Below are positions 1-9,431 of a stretch of DNA of 64,000 nucleotides, piece by piece. This stretch comes from a bacterium (GTDB lineage: Bacteria; Patescibacteriota; Minisyncoccia; Phycocordibacterales; UBA1006), in contig JBAWXN010000001.1 of assembly GCA_037144045.1 (NCBI GenBank), positions 203,752-267,751 on the forward strand. The letters are read 5' to 3'. The position numbers were made by a program, and so were the translations under genes. The number at the start of each line of letters is the position of its first letter. Position 1 is the stretch's first letter. The notes under the pieces are model-generated. The model made no database searches. It saw nothing but the letters and a program-made list of their open reading frames with translations, and had not been told where the DNA came from.

Positions 1-165
1 GATCCAGAACCTACAATTATTCCTCAACAACCAGAAGAAGTCCCAATGATTCAAGAACCCGAACCGGCTCCTATTCCGCAAATACCTAAGCGTTCACCAG
101 TTACATCATCGAATACGGTTCGTGAAGTACCCGAAGACATTTTAAGGAAGGTACTTGAGGAATAG
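1..165 (+). CDS. 3' end of a proline-rich protein; the CDS continues upstream of the window
   Basis: Frame 1 is open from base 1 to TAG at 163-165. Translation is DPEPTIIPQQPEEVPMIQEPEPAPIPQIPKRSPVTSSNTVREVPEDILRKVLEE. No domain recognised. Confidence 0.4.
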   Translation, partial: DPEPTIIPQQPEEVPMIQEPEPAPIPQIPKRSPVTSSNTVREVPEDILRKVLEE

Positions 166-216
166 TTGAATAATAATTAGTGAATTATTTATAGCTTATA
201 TGAAAAAATACTTATT

Positions 217-1368
217 ATGAAACGAATAAGTATTTTTTTATTGTTATTTTTTATTATTGGAATTAAAACTGCGTTCGCGCAAATTATTATTAACGAAGTT
301 GCATGGATGGGAACTACAACATCTGCTAATGCAGAATGGATCGAGTTGTATAATACAGGCACTGAATCAGTGGTACTGGATGGGTGGACATTAAAAGCCA
401 TTGATGGTTCGCCAAGTGTTTTACTTACAGGTAGTATTGGCGCTCAAGGGTATTTTCTTCTTGAACGTACATCTGACGAGACAATTCCTCAAATTTCTGC
501 AAACCAGATATATTCAGGATCACTAGGAAATAATGGGGAATACTTAGTACTTAAAGATAAAGATGGAAATAGTATTAATGAAGTCGAACAGGTCTCCGGA
601 TGGCTTGCCGGTGATAATACCACTAAACAAACAATGCAATTTGCGGGTAGTAATTGGATTACAGGAATAGGAACTCCTGGGACCCAGAATAACAGCAGTG
701 GAACTCAAGATTCGGAAACAACTACTGCGATAAGTAGTACTACTACTGCAACGAGTAGTGATCCAGTACCAGATGAAACAAAAAAAGATTCAGATGTCGA
801 AATAATCCCTGTGAATCCAGATCCTCGTTTTTCTGCAAAAGTGGCCAGTCCCACTTTTAGTATGGCAGGGGTACCGGTACCGTTTTCAGTGCAAGTAAAG
901 CAGGGAACAAAGAAAGATTTAGTTACGGGAAGGTTTGAATGGTACCTTGGTGATGGGACAGCGCGGCGCTACTTTAAAAACACATCATTTGAACATGTTT
1001 TTTACTACCCTGGTAATTATACTGTTGTTATGGAATATTATTCGGATGCATTTCGCGATGAGCCAGATTCTATCCATAAAAAAACTATTGCTATTGTTCC
1101 TGATGCGGTAGCTATTCAAGAATTGACCGATGATGGTGGTATTGTTATTTCGAGTGAGGCGTCTCGTGAAATAGATCTTTATAATTGGACGATTCATTCC
1201 AATGCAATAACTTTTACATTTCCTAAATATACTCTCATTCCGAAAAAGGGGACACTAGCTATTTCCGGTAATGTATTAGGTTCTGATCTAAGGAATAGTT
1301 CAGAGGTGGTTTTAAAAAACCCGAATAATAAGGCAATAAGTTTATTCAACCTTCAAAAGGTTGAATAA
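217..1368 (+). CDS. Secreted lamin-tail-domain (LTD) protein with a central PKD-like domain and a second C-terminal LTD-like segment
   Basis: N-terminal signal peptide MKRISIFLLLFFIIGIKTAFA. LTD signature IINEVAWMGTT...AEWIELYNTG...GWTL. PKD-like motif FEWYLGDGT...HVFYYPGNYTVVMEY. The C-terminal ~100 aa are again LTD-like. Confidence 0.7.
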   Translation: MKRISIFLLLFFIIGIKTAFAQIIINEVAWMGTTTSANAEWIELYNTGTESVVLDGWTLKAIDGSPSVLLTGSIGAQGYFLLERTSDETIPQISANQIYSGSLGNNGEYLVLKDKDGNSINEVEQVSGWLAGDNTTKQTMQFAGSNWITGIGTPGTQNNSSGTQDSETTTAISSTTTATSSDPVPDETKKDSDVEIIPVNPDPRFSAKVASPTFSMAGVPVPFSVQVKQGTKKDLVTGRFEWYLGDGTARRYFKNTSFEHVFYYPGNYTVVMEYYSDAFRDEPDSIHKKTIAIVPDAVAIQELTDDGGIVISSEASREIDLYNWTIHSNAITFTFPKYTLIPKKGTLAISGNVLGSDLRNSSEVVLKNPNNKAISLFNLQKVE

Positions 1369-1385
1369 TATGGTATGCTGGTGGC

Positions 1386-1967
1386 ATGAATTATTTAGTT
1401 GTTGGTCTTGGAAATCCAGGAAAAGAGTATCAAAAAACACGTCATAATGCCGGCTGGGTAGTTATAGACTCCGCATATCCTGATTTGTTTTGGGAGCGTG
1501 ATAATTATGCGGTCGCAGACATTGCAAAGCAAGATGCAATTATTTTTGCCAAACCTGCTACGTTTATGAACCTTTCGGGTGAATCTGTAGGATATCTTAC
1601 TAATAAAAAAGACATTGATCCTGATCAGTGTATTGTTATTTATGATGATATTGATTTACCTCTTGGTAAGCTAAAAATTTCTTATGATCGTGGATCAGGT
1701 GGTCATAACGGCATTAAATCAATTCAGGACCATTTGGGTACTGCAGAATTTATTCGTATTCGAATTGGTATTTCAAAACTTATGGAAAACGGGGAATTAG
1801 TGAAACCAAACGTTCTTGGAAAATTCGAACCCGAAGAACTTGAAATACTTGAATCGGTTGCACAAAGAGTTAAACTTGCAATACATACTATTATTAAAGA
1901 TGGAAAAGAATTCACCATGACTGAATTTAATTCACTAGATCCTCATATAAAACTTTTGAAGCAATAA
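1386..1967 (+). CDS. pth: Peptidyl-tRNA hydrolase
   Basis: N-terminus MNYLVVGLGNPGKEYQKTRHNAGW and conserved FAKPATFMNLSGESV. 193 aa, typical Pth length. Confidence 0.9.
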   Translation: MNYLVVGLGNPGKEYQKTRHNAGWVVIDSAYPDLFWERDNYAVADIAKQDAIIFAKPATFMNLSGESVGYLTNKKDIDPDQCIVIYDDIDLPLGKLKISYDRGSGGHNGIKSIQDHLGTAEFIRIRIGISKLMENGELVKPNVLGKFEPEELEILESVAQRVKLAIHTIIKDGKEFTMTEFNSLDPHIKLLKQ

Positions 1968-1970
1968 AAA

Positions 1971-1992
1971 ATCCCCAAAAGGGGATTTTTTA
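1971..1992. terminator. Rho-independent terminator between convergent pth and the S1-domain gene
   Basis: Hairpin atcccc-aaaa-ggggat followed by a T-run. Confidence 0.6.
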
Positions 1993-1999
1993 TTGAGAA

Positions 2000-3112
2000 C
2001 TATTTTACAAATGACAAGGTCATTTTGTGTTCTTTTGGATCGAAGAGAGTAATTTTGAATGAGTATGACTTTCCAAGTGAAAGCGCTTCCTTCAATTTCT
2101 TATCGTCTCCGAATTCTGAAACATGAACCAATCCTGCAACACCTTCCTCGATTGATACCAAAGCCCCGTGTTTGTTGAATTTAATCACCACACCGGTTAC
2201 TTCGTCATCTTTCTTGTACTTGTTTGCAACACGATCCCAAGGATTTTCTTTCAAAGCCTTGATTGAAAGAGAGATTTTTCCATCCTTGATTTCAATAATT
2301 TTAGCTTTTACTTTGTCTCCTAATTTGTAGAGAACGCGAGGATCGTCAACGAGTGACCAGTCAATTTCAGAAATGTGTACTAACCCTTCAAGGCCGTCTT
2401 CAACTTTGAGGAAGATTCCGAAGTCTACAACCCCAGTTACTTCACCGTTGATTTCATCACCCACCGAGTATTTAGTAACCATTTCTTTCTTGTCTTCTTT
2501 AGTGTTTCCTTTTTCGCTGAAGATTAATTTACCTTCTTTAGGATTTACACCAATAATGGTAAGAGCGAGTTTCTTTGAAACCAATTTCTTGAGTTCTTTA
2601 AGAATTTCGTCTTTGTTACCATCGTCAACACGAGGATAGTTTTCTGCTCGGAGTTGTGAAGCAGGTAGGAATCCTGCGATTCCTTGCCATTCCACAATAA
2701 GTCCTCCTTTGTTGGCTTCTTTAATAGGAAGTTCAAGAACTTGTTCAGACTTCATTGCTTTTTCAGCATCTGACCAAACCAATGCTTGGCGAGCTTCTTT
2801 GAGTGAGAGTTCAATGTATCCATTGTTGTTTTCTCGTTCAACGATTTTCGCTTTAACAGAATCTCCAACATTAATGTTTTTGATCATGTCTCGAGCATTG
2901 ATGTATTCTTGCCCGTAGATAATACCGGTTCCATAGAGTGGAATTTCGATATACATTTCCATACTATCAATTGTTAGTACGGTTCCTTCTACGAGTTCTC
3001 CGATTTCAAGAGGTTTGATTACTTCGTTAAGAACTAATCCCTTCATTGAATCTGAGAGTTCTGCTCCCTCAAAAGGGGTAACAGAATTTTTTGTCATTTC
3101 TTTTTTAGACAT
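2000..3112 (-). CDS. rpsA: Ribosomal protein S1-like protein with multiple S1 RNA-binding domains
   Basis: Four tandem S1-like repeats (e.g. GTVLTIDSMEMYIEIPLYGTGIIY, VEWQGIAGFLPASQL, GEVTGVVDFGIFLKVEDGLEGLVHISE, VTGVVIKFNKHGALVSIEEGVAGLVHVSE). At 370 aa it is shorter than E. coli S1. Confidence 0.8.
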   Translation of the reverse strand: MSKKEMTKNSVTPFEGAELSDSMKGLVLNEVIKPLEIGELVEGTVLTIDSMEMYIEIPLYGTGIIYGQEYINARDMIKNINVGDSVKAKIVERENNNGYIELSLKEARQALVWSDAEKAMKSEQVLELPIKEANKGGLIVEWQGIAGFLPASQLRAENYPRVDDGNKDEILKELKKLVSKKLALTIIGVNPKEGKLIFSEKGNTKEDKKEMVTKYSVGDEINGEVTGVVDFGIFLKVEDGLEGLVHISEIDWSLVDDPRVLYKLGDKVKAKIIEIKDGKISLSIKALKENPWDRVANKYKKDDEVTGVVIKFNKHGALVSIEEGVAGLVHVSEFGDDKKLKEALSLGKSYSFKITLFDPKEHKMTLSFVK

Positions 3113-3218
3113 AGTGTTGAGTAGTCCAAACGCTTGCTTTCCGCCGTGACTGAATGATCAAGGAAAGGGGTTAGGCGAGGGGACTGGGCTAATAAAACAA
3201 CTTGACTAAAATAACATA

Positions 3219-3248
3219 AAAACCCTGCTTTCGCAAGGTTTTTTATTC
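3219..3248 (-). terminator. Putative terminator downstream of rmuC
   Basis: Imperfect hairpin aaccctgc-tttc-gcaaggtt flanked by T-runs on the minus strand. Confidence 0.4.
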
Positions 3249-4322
3249 TTCGTCTCGTTCCGGTTTTGAAACTTCAATTAGTTCAACATTAATAGCGGTC
3301 TCAGTGATACGCATAATATCTTTATCGATTTTTTTGAATTCTTTTCCTGATGCAGTGTAATGATTTACTACTGTATCAAGTGAAGTACCAAGTTTATTAT
3401 GATAGGTCTGGTACGCACTCAAGTGCTTACCAAGTTCGTCTACACGTTTGATAATGTCTTTCGCAGTTTCTTCGATCTGCATTGCCTTGAGTCCTTGAAG
3501 TACGGTCTGTAAATATGCTAGGAACGAAGTTGGGGAAACGATGATTACTTTATACTTTGAAGCAGCACGTTGAATAAGGTTTTCGGATTCTTCTTGGAGT
3601 GCGCCAACTTTGTTTGTGAGTAGGTCATAGTAGATCGCCTCGTGAGGAATAAACATAAAGGCAAAGTCCATAGTATTTTCCGTTGGGCGAATGTACTTTG
3701 ATGTTTCTGAGATACGGTTCTTTAAATCATTTACAAATGTTGTTTCAAGGCGTTTCTTCTCAATGGGATCTTGCATTTCAACCATCTTGTTATAATTTTC
3801 CAAACTAAATTTTGAGTCTACGGGAATAATCTTGTCTTTAATAAACACTACAGCGTCTACTATTTCGCCGTTACTAAATCCGTACTGCATCTGAAACGAA
3901 TTAGGAGGGAGCACATTCTTCAAAAGAGTTTCCAGATAATATTCACCAAGTACTCCTCGTTGCTTGGGATTTTTTAGAATATCTTGTAATGACTGCAATT
4001 GATCTGCAAACGACATTACTTGTTTTCCGGTTTCTTTTACTTCGGTAAGCTCACGAGTAATTTCTCGGATGAGTTTTTGAGATTCAGAAAATTGAGTCTC
4101 CAAGGATTTTTGCACAACATCAGACGATCGATTCATTTTAATATCAACCGTTTCAGACATCTTATGCATGCGGTCATCTACGGTTCGCGACACCTCGTTG
4201 AGTTGTTGCAAAATAAGCTTAAGTCCGGTATCGTCTTGTTTTACTTCATTTTTTTTAAAGAAGCTTACATACACCAAAAGCATAGCTACTACTATTAAGA
4301 GAAAAATAATTGCGAATTCCAT
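3243..4322 (-). CDS. rmuC: DNA recombination protein RmuC
   Basis: N-terminal transmembrane helix MEFAIIFLLIVVAMLLVYV, then a long coiled-coil, then a conserved RmuC C-terminal region (FAFMFIPHEAIYYDLL...KYKVIIVSPTSFLAYLQTV). Start chosen at the internal ATG (cat at 4320-4322) to avoid overlap with the downstream yqeY-like gene. Confidence 0.8.
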   Translation of the reverse strand: MEFAIIFLLIVVAMLLVYVSFFKKNEVKQDDTGLKLILQQLNEVSRTVDDRMHKMSETVDIKMNRSSDVVQKSLETQFSESQKLIREITRELTEVKETGKQVMSFADQLQSLQDILKNPKQRGVLGEYYLETLLKNVLPPNSFQMQYGFSNGEIVDAVVFIKDKIIPVDSKFSLENYNKMVEMQDPIEKKRLETTFVNDLKNRISETSKYIRPTENTMDFAFMFIPHEAIYYDLLTNKVGALQEESENLIQRAASKYKVIIVSPTSFLAYLQTVLQGLKAMQIEETAKDIIKRVDELGKHLSAYQTYHNKLGTSLDTVVNHYTASGKEFKKIDKDIMRITETAINVELIEVSKPERDEE

Positions 4323-4347
4323 AGGCTTTATGATACCATGACAACAT

Positions 4348-4803
4348 ATGTCACTACAAACAACCATTAAAGACGGCGTGAAAGACGCTATGAAAAATAA
4401 AGACATGGCGCGATTGACGGTTCTACGAGGACTTTCAAGTGCGTTTATGAATGAGGCAGTTAATCTTACTCGAGGACCGCAAGGTGAACTTTCAGACGAA
4501 GAAGTAATTGCGGTTATTACCCGAGAAGCAAAACGACGTAAAGATTCAATTAATCAATACACCGAAGGAGGTCGTGAAGACTTAGCTGCTGACGAAAAAG
4601 CTGAGCTTGCTATCCTTGAAGAATTCTTGCCAACTATGATGTCTATTGATGAAATTCGACCTCTTGCAGAAGCTAAAAAGGCTGAACTGGGCGCTGACGA
4701 CAAAACAAAACTTGGACAATTAGTGGGTGCGCTTATGAAAGATTTGAAAGGGAAGGCAAATGGGGATGATGTAAAAACAGTTGTTGAATCATTATTTAAC
4801 TAA
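4348..4803 (+). CDS. GatB/YqeY domain protein
   Basis: MSLQTTIKDGVKDAMKNKDMARLTVLRGLSSAF... and ...SIDEIRPLAEAKKAELGADDKTKLGQLVGALMKDLKGKANGDDVKTVV match the YqeY family. Confidence 0.8.
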   Translation: MSLQTTIKDGVKDAMKNKDMARLTVLRGLSSAFMNEAVNLTRGPQGELSDEEVIAVITREAKRRKDSINQYTEGGREDLAADEKAELAILEEFLPTMMSIDEIRPLAEAKKAELGADDKTKLGQLVGALMKDLKGKANGDDVKTVVESLFN

Positions 4804-4815
4804 TCTATAAAATTC

Positions 4816-5160
4816 ATGTTTATTATTAAATGGATCATTAAATGGATCATACTATCAGCTGCTGTAGTATTAGCTGCTAATATTATTCCAGGAATTGCGG
4901 TAACCACGTGGACAGTAGCTCTCGTTGTGGGACTTGTACTTGGTTTCATAAACACATTTATAAAACCAATTCTTAGTATTCTCGCTATTCCAATTAATAT
5001 TTTAACACTGGGATTGTTTGGACTCGTACTTAACGCATTATTGTTCTGGGCTGCAGCATACTTCGTAACTGGATTTTCAGTTGCAACATTCGTAGCTGCG
5101 CTACTCGGATCAATTTTGGTTTCAATAGTTATGTGGTTCGCACATTTCTTCATAGACTAA
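4816..5160 (+). CDS. Small 3-4 TM membrane protein (DUF360 / phage-holin-4-like family)
   Basis: Hydrophobic 114-aa protein AANIIPGIAVTTWTVALVVGLVLGFINTFIKPILSILAIPINILTLGLFGLVLNALLFW. Follows the yqeY-like gene on the same strand. The antisense ORF 4800-5153 was rejected. Confidence 0.55.
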   Translation: MFIIKWIIKWIILSAAVVLAANIIPGIAVTTWTVALVVGLVLGFINTFIKPILSILAIPINILTLGLFGLVLNALLFWAAAYFVTGFSVATFVAALLGSILVSIVMWFAHFFID

Positions 5161-5169
5161 TCAATATAA

Positions 5170-5198
5170 AAAATCCCTCACGGGATTTTTTATTTTTT
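5170..5198. terminator. Bidirectional rho-independent terminator
   Basis: aatccc-tcac-gggatt hairpin with A-run upstream and T-run downstream. Sits between convergent genes. Confidence 0.6.
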
Positions 5199-6287
5199 AA
5201 GCAAATTATTTATTACTGATCGAGTTGCAGGACCAACACGACCATCAGAATTTAGCCCATAAGCTTGTTGAAACTCTTTAACCGCTGAATGTGTCATGTT
5301 TCCAAATTTCCCGTCTGCTGTACCACCTAGGAAGCCCATATCAATTAAAAATGATTGTAGGACTTTGACTTGATTCGACTGAACTCCTTTATAAAGTTTT
5401 TGAGTTAACGGCCCAGAGTATGTAGTATCTGCTCCTGGTGTGGTAAACATCCAAGAAGTGTTGCTATACACAGGTTCATAGGGACCTGGTGATAGTGTAC
5501 AGTAACCACTACAAGGTTGTGGTGCTGGCCAGTATCCAATCCATACTCGATATTGTGTATTTGGTTGCAAATTACTTAGATACAAGGGAAGCGGACTGAA
5601 GACATCATCTGAATAAGTAAAGTTTTGTGTCATGTAGTTCGGACTCTGCGCATAAGCATTATAAGAATAATTTACAGAATCTGTTATGTAACGAACGGCG
5701 AGTTTTAATCGTTGTTGTACGTAGTTTTGGTATTCATCGTTTCCAATAGATGCGGTTACAGTCGCATTAGTAGCTCGAATATTTGAAAACTGGAGCTTTG
5801 TTTGATTCAATTGTTGTCCATCACCTTGGGTTGTTACAAGAATTCGATTATTAAATTCGTCAGCGGTTGAAGGACAGGGAGTAGTAATACATACAATTCC
5901 TGTGTCATAAGATAACCAGAGTGTGTATCCTGTATTTGGAGTAAGATTGGTTAAGTAGATAGGAATCAAGGTAGGAGTAGGGCTTGGAGAATAACCAAAT
6001 GTTACAATTGTTGGCATTTGATAGATAGCAGGACAATTAACAATGGCTGCAGTAGATGGATCATCACCACACATAGTTGGTCGATAATTCAAGAAAACTC
6101 GTCGATGATTATTAATGGCTTCTGATAGTCCTTGAGAGAATGGATAGGCATTAACAGTCATACTTGTTTGAGTCATCGACGTGACTGATAAATTATAAGG
6201 CACAGGAGTAAGAGCTTCCGCGCTAGGACTAGAAGCTAGACTACCCACGAGTAAGGCTAAACTAAGTGTCAGGGTTAATTTTTTCAT
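5190..6287 (-). CDS. Secreted protein with fibronectin-III-like repeats and a C-terminal peptidoglycan-binding (PG_binding_1) domain
   Basis: Signal peptide MKKLTLTLSLALLVGSLASSPSAEA. FN3-like motifs YLTNLTPNTGYTLWLSY and YLSNLQPNTQYRVWIGY. C-terminus LYKGVQSNQVKVLQSFLIDMGFLGGTADGKFGNMTHSAVKEFQQAYGLNSDGRVGPATR matches the PG-binding domain 1 consensus. Confidence 0.7.
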   Translation of the reverse strand: MKKLTLTLSLALLVGSLASSPSAEALTPVPYNLSVTSMTQTSMTVNAYPFSQGLSEAINNHRRVFLNYRPTMCGDDPSTAAIVNCPAIYQMPTIVTFGYSPSPTPTLIPIYLTNLTPNTGYTLWLSYDTGIVCITTPCPSTADEFNNRILVTTQGDGQQLNQTKLQFSNIRATNATVTASIGNDEYQNYVQQRLKLAVRYITDSVNYSYNAYAQSPNYMTQNFTYSDDVFSPLPLYLSNLQPNTQYRVWIGYWPAPQPCSGYCTLSPGPYEPVYSNTSWMFTTPGADTTYSGPLTQKLYKGVQSNQVKVLQSFLIDMGFLGGTADGKFGNMTHSAVKEFQQAYGLNSDGRVGPATRSVINNLLKK

Positions 6288-6361
6288 GTTTTAAGCATAC
6301 CATGGTATACTGCAGGTCTCAACTCGGCTGAGAAATTACTCAATTAGACTATTTATTTTTT

Positions 6362-7258
6362 ATGAAGACTATCGTGGTTCATAACGGCATATTTCATCCT
6401 GATGATGTTTGTGCTGCAGCTACACTCCAATTATTATTGGAATCTCAAGGTGGAACGGGGACATTTATTAGAACTCGTGATGAAGCAGTCATCGAAACTG
6501 CTGATTTTGTATGTGACGTAGGCGGTATTTTTGACCCTGCAAAAAATAGATTCGACCATCATCAATTAGGTGGTGCAGGGGCTCGCGCTAATGGTATTCA
6601 GTACGCATCTTTTGGATTAGTTTGGAAAACGTATGGATTAAGTCTTTGTGGTAATAATCAAGGAGTTGCAGATTTCATTGAACTGAAATTAGTAGCAGGA
6701 ATTGACGCTACAGACAACGGTCAGGCGGTAACTGAAAATAAATATGAAGACGTAAAATCATACGGTTTCGTAGATATTATTTTTTCTTTGCTTCCCACAT
6801 GGCAGGAAGAATCAGCAGAGGAAGTATTGCTACAGAAGTTTAACGAGGCAGTACTACTTGCGCGGAATGTTATTACGAGAGAAATTAAAAAAGCTACCGA
6901 TATTGTAAACGGGGAACTTGAGGTTGAAAAAATTTACAACAAAACAGAAGATAAGCGCTTGATTGTGTTGAATAAATACTTGCCATGGAAAAAGAAAATC
7001 GAATCGTTTCCAGAGCCTCTTATTACCGTGTTTCCAAATACAACAGGTGGGTGGGTGGTTTATTGTGTTCCAGAAGACATAAGTGCTTTTACAAGTCGAA
7101 TCAAGCTACCAGAAACTTGGGCGGGTAAAAATGACGATGAATTAGCGAGTATTACAGGAGTCGCTGATGCGGTATTCTGCCACAGAGCTCGTTTCATGGC
7201 CGCTGCAAAGAGTCAGAAAGGTGCTGTAGCACTTGCTAAACAAGCACTTTTAATGTAG
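6362..7258 (+). CDS. MYG1/UPF0160 family metal-dependent phosphoesterase
   Basis: N-terminus MKTIVVHNGIFHPDDVCAAATL (HxGxFHxDD signature of MYG1/GAMM1). About 300 aa. Confidence 0.8.
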   Translation: MKTIVVHNGIFHPDDVCAAATLQLLLESQGGTGTFIRTRDEAVIETADFVCDVGGIFDPAKNRFDHHQLGGAGARANGIQYASFGLVWKTYGLSLCGNNQGVADFIELKLVAGIDATDNGQAVTENKYEDVKSYGFVDIIFSLLPTWQEESAEEVLLQKFNEAVLLARNVITREIKKATDIVNGELEVEKIYNKTEDKRLIVLNKYLPWKKKIESFPEPLITVFPNTTGGWVVYCVPEDISAFTSRIKLPETWAGKNDDELASITGVADAVFCHRARFMAAAKSQKGAVALAKQALLM

Positions 7259-7277
7259 AGTTTTCAAAAATATTCTT

Positions 7278-8297
7278 ATGACATCATCATTAATTATTAC
7301 AGAACAACACAGGAGTGTGTTTCAACAAATACTCAATGCAGGTAAATCATATCTTCTTTCATTTCATTTAAGTCCTGATCCGGACAGTATTGGAAGTAAT
7401 TTAGCCTTGGCGCAGTTTTTGCGAAATCAAGGTAAACAAGTGACAGTCCTTTGGGGTGCTACTGGTGTAGTTCCAGAGTATGATTATTTAGTTCGTGGAC
7501 ATGAAGTACTTGATACGCCAATTTCAAAATTAGATGCAAATGTTTATGATGCGTTAGTAGTCCTTGATACCGGTTCGCCTTCACGGTCACCAATCGTGTC
7601 AGATGAAGAGCAAGCACGCTGGAAAAATATTATTATCCTTGATCATCATATTGGAAACAATTGGGAACAAGTACAAGGTAAATTAGTAGATTCCAATGCA
7701 ACATCAACCTGCGAACTTTTAGCTGATTTGATTATTGACCATGACGCATCGCTTATTACACCAGGCATTGCTGATATGCTCAAAATTGGTATGTGGAGTG
7801 ATACGCGAGGATTTACTCGTAGGGCAACTGCTGCAGTGTTTACGCTGTATGCGCAATTGCTTACTATTAATCCAAGTTTGGAATTAATACAGCGATTTGA
7901 GCAATCACTTAAGATTGCAGATATTCCTGTATTTCAAGGAATGCTCGAAACAGTGCACATGGTCAAGCATAATGGTCTAAAATATGCGCTGGTATTTTTA
8001 CCGCAGCTCGCTGGTCGTATTGCTAGTACCCATTTAGCTACAGATTTCTTTGGACGATTTTCTGAGGTTGATGTTACTTGTGTAGTAGTGGCTCAGCCTG
8101 ATGAAGCAATTTCAAAAGAGCTCATGAGGTTCCGTATTTCAGTACGGTCAAACACAGCACGCGCTGCAGGACTTGCTCGAAAAATTGCTGAACAACTAGG
8201 GGGCTCAGGTCACGACAACGCATCAGGAGCCCGAATGGATGCTCACAATAAAGAATCTGTGATGGAGCAAATCCAGCAGGCAATAAATGCATTATAG
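7278..8297 (+). CDS. nrnA: DHH-family phosphoesterase (NrnA-like oligoribonuclease/pAp phosphatase)
   Basis: DHH motif IIILDHHIGNN. DHHA1-type C-terminus GGSGHDNASGA. N-terminal HLSPDPDSIGSNLALAQFL. Confidence 0.8.
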   Translation: MTSSLIITEQHRSVFQQILNAGKSYLLSFHLSPDPDSIGSNLALAQFLRNQGKQVTVLWGATGVVPEYDYLVRGHEVLDTPISKLDANVYDALVVLDTGSPSRSPIVSDEEQARWKNIIILDHHIGNNWEQVQGKLVDSNATSTCELLADLIIDHDASLITPGIADMLKIGMWSDTRGFTRRATAAVFTLYAQLLTINPSLELIQRFEQSLKIADIPVFQGMLETVHMVKHNGLKYALVFLPQLAGRIASTHLATDFFGRFSEVDVTCVVVAQPDEAISKELMRFRISVRSNTARAAGLARKIAEQLGGSGHDNASGARMDAHNKESVMEQIQQAINAL

Positions 8298-8308
8298 ATT
8301 ATTACTAG

Positions 8309-8347
8309 GCAGTTCCTCGCAAGAGGAGCTGCTATTTGATTTTTCCT
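8309..8347 (+). terminator. Possible terminator after the nrnA-like gene
   Basis: Imperfect hairpin cagttcctc-gcaa-gaggagctg followed by tatttgatttttcc. Confidence 0.35.
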
Positions 8348-8372
8348 GAAAATATGTTATTGTAATATCCTT

Positions 8373-9347
8373 ATGGCATTACTCGATGAAGTACAATTAT
8401 ATATTAAAGCAGGTCGTGGGGGTGACGGAGTAGTACGTTGGCGTCAAGAAAAAGGGAAACCATTATCAGGTCCAGGAGGTGGAAATGGAGGAACTGGAGG
8501 TGACGTATTCGCTTATGCAGTACCAGATATTGGATATTTGGACTTTTACCGTACCAAGAAAAACTTTGCAGCAGAAAATGGATTTCCTGGCGCAAACTGG
8601 GGACGAAAAGGTGCAAATGGTACCGACTTAGTATTGAGTTTTCCAGTAGGGTCTCGACTCATTAACAAGGAAACCGGAGAAATTTTTGAACTTGAAGAAG
8701 TGGGACAAAAAACACTAGTACTCAAAGGAGGACGTGGAGGATTGGGAAATGAATACTTCAAGTCATCACGAAATACAACTCCTAAGGAATGTACTCCAGG
8801 TAAAATCGGAGAAGATGCAACATTTGATATTGAATTGCGACTCGTTGCGAACCTAGGACTCGTTGGGCTTCCTTCAGCGGGAAAATCAAGTCTCTTGAAT
8901 GCGCTCACTAATGCAAAATCAAAAGTTGCAAGTTATCACTTTACAACACTCGATCCACACTTGGGAGCATTTTACGAATTTATCATTGCTGACATTCCAG
9001 GAATTATTGAAGGGGCGTCAGAAGGGAAAGGGCTTGGAGTTAAATTCTTGAAACATGTTTCTAAAACAAAAGCACTTGCGCATGTGGTAGCACTTGATTC
9101 GGACGACCTCGTTCGTGATTATCAAACCATTCGAACTGAAATTGAAAACTATGGTCAAGGATTGCAACATAAAGACGAGGTAATCATTTTCTCGAAGTCA
9201 GATATTATTGAAGATGATGAACTCAAGGCGAAGTTAAAATCAATGGCAAAAATTACACAAGGTAAACTATTCTTTGTGGTTTCTATTGAAAATCCAGAAC
9301 AAATGAAAGAACTTTCAGATGGTTTAGTGAAATATTTACGCCAATAA
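8373..9347 (+). CDS. obg: GTPase Obg
   Basis: Glycine-rich Obg fold [35 protein letters not shown]1 motif [27 protein letters not shown]. Confidence 0.9.
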   Translation: MALLDEVQLYIKAGRGGDGVVRWRQEKGKPLSGPGGGNGGTGGDVFAYAVPDIGYLDFYRTKKNFAAENGFPGANWGRKGANGTDLVLSFPVGSRLINKETGEIFELEEVGQKTLVLKGGRGGLGNEYFKSSRNTTPKECTPGKIGEDATFDIELRLVANLGLVGLPSAGKSSLLNALTNAKSKVASYHFTTLDPHLGAFYEFIIADIPGIIEGASEGKGLGVKFLKHVSKTKALAHVVALDSDDLVRDYQTIRTEIENYGQGLQHKDEVIIFSKSDIIEDDELKAKLKSMAKITQGKLFFVVSIENPEQMKELSDGLVKYLRQ

Positions 9348-9349
9348 AA

Positions 9350-9374
9350 ATCCCCGAACGAATCGGGGTTTTTG
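9350..9374 (+). terminator. Rho-independent terminator after obg
   Basis: ccccga-acgaa-tcgggg hairpin plus T-run. Confidence 0.6.
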
Positions 9375-9431
9375 TATGAAATTAACACTAAAAATTAAAG
9401 TGTCAAGTTATAAAAAACCTTATATTTTGCT

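Noticed and set aside
189-4298. Short ORFs nested inside or antisense to longer genes (189-401, 985-1197, 1724-1918, 2373-2639, 2545-2736, 2709-2918, 3999-4298)
   Set aside because: Each lies fully within a longer ORF with clear homology. Their translations are low-complexity, with no start context.
3243-4406. Long version of rmuC starting at 4406 (overlapping the yqeY-like gene by 59 nt)
   Set aside because: The first 28 codons (MSLFFIASFTPSLMVVCSDICCHGIIKP) are hydrophobic noise upstream of the real TM helix. The internal ATG at 4322 removes the overlap with the divergent gene.
4800-5153. Minus-strand 117-aa ORF antisense to the DUF360-like membrane gene
   Set aside because: Both frames are hydrophobic. 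The plus-strand frame follows the yqeY-like gene at a normal intergenic distance and ends at the terminator. The minus frame is a mirror ORF created by the hydrophobic codon bias.
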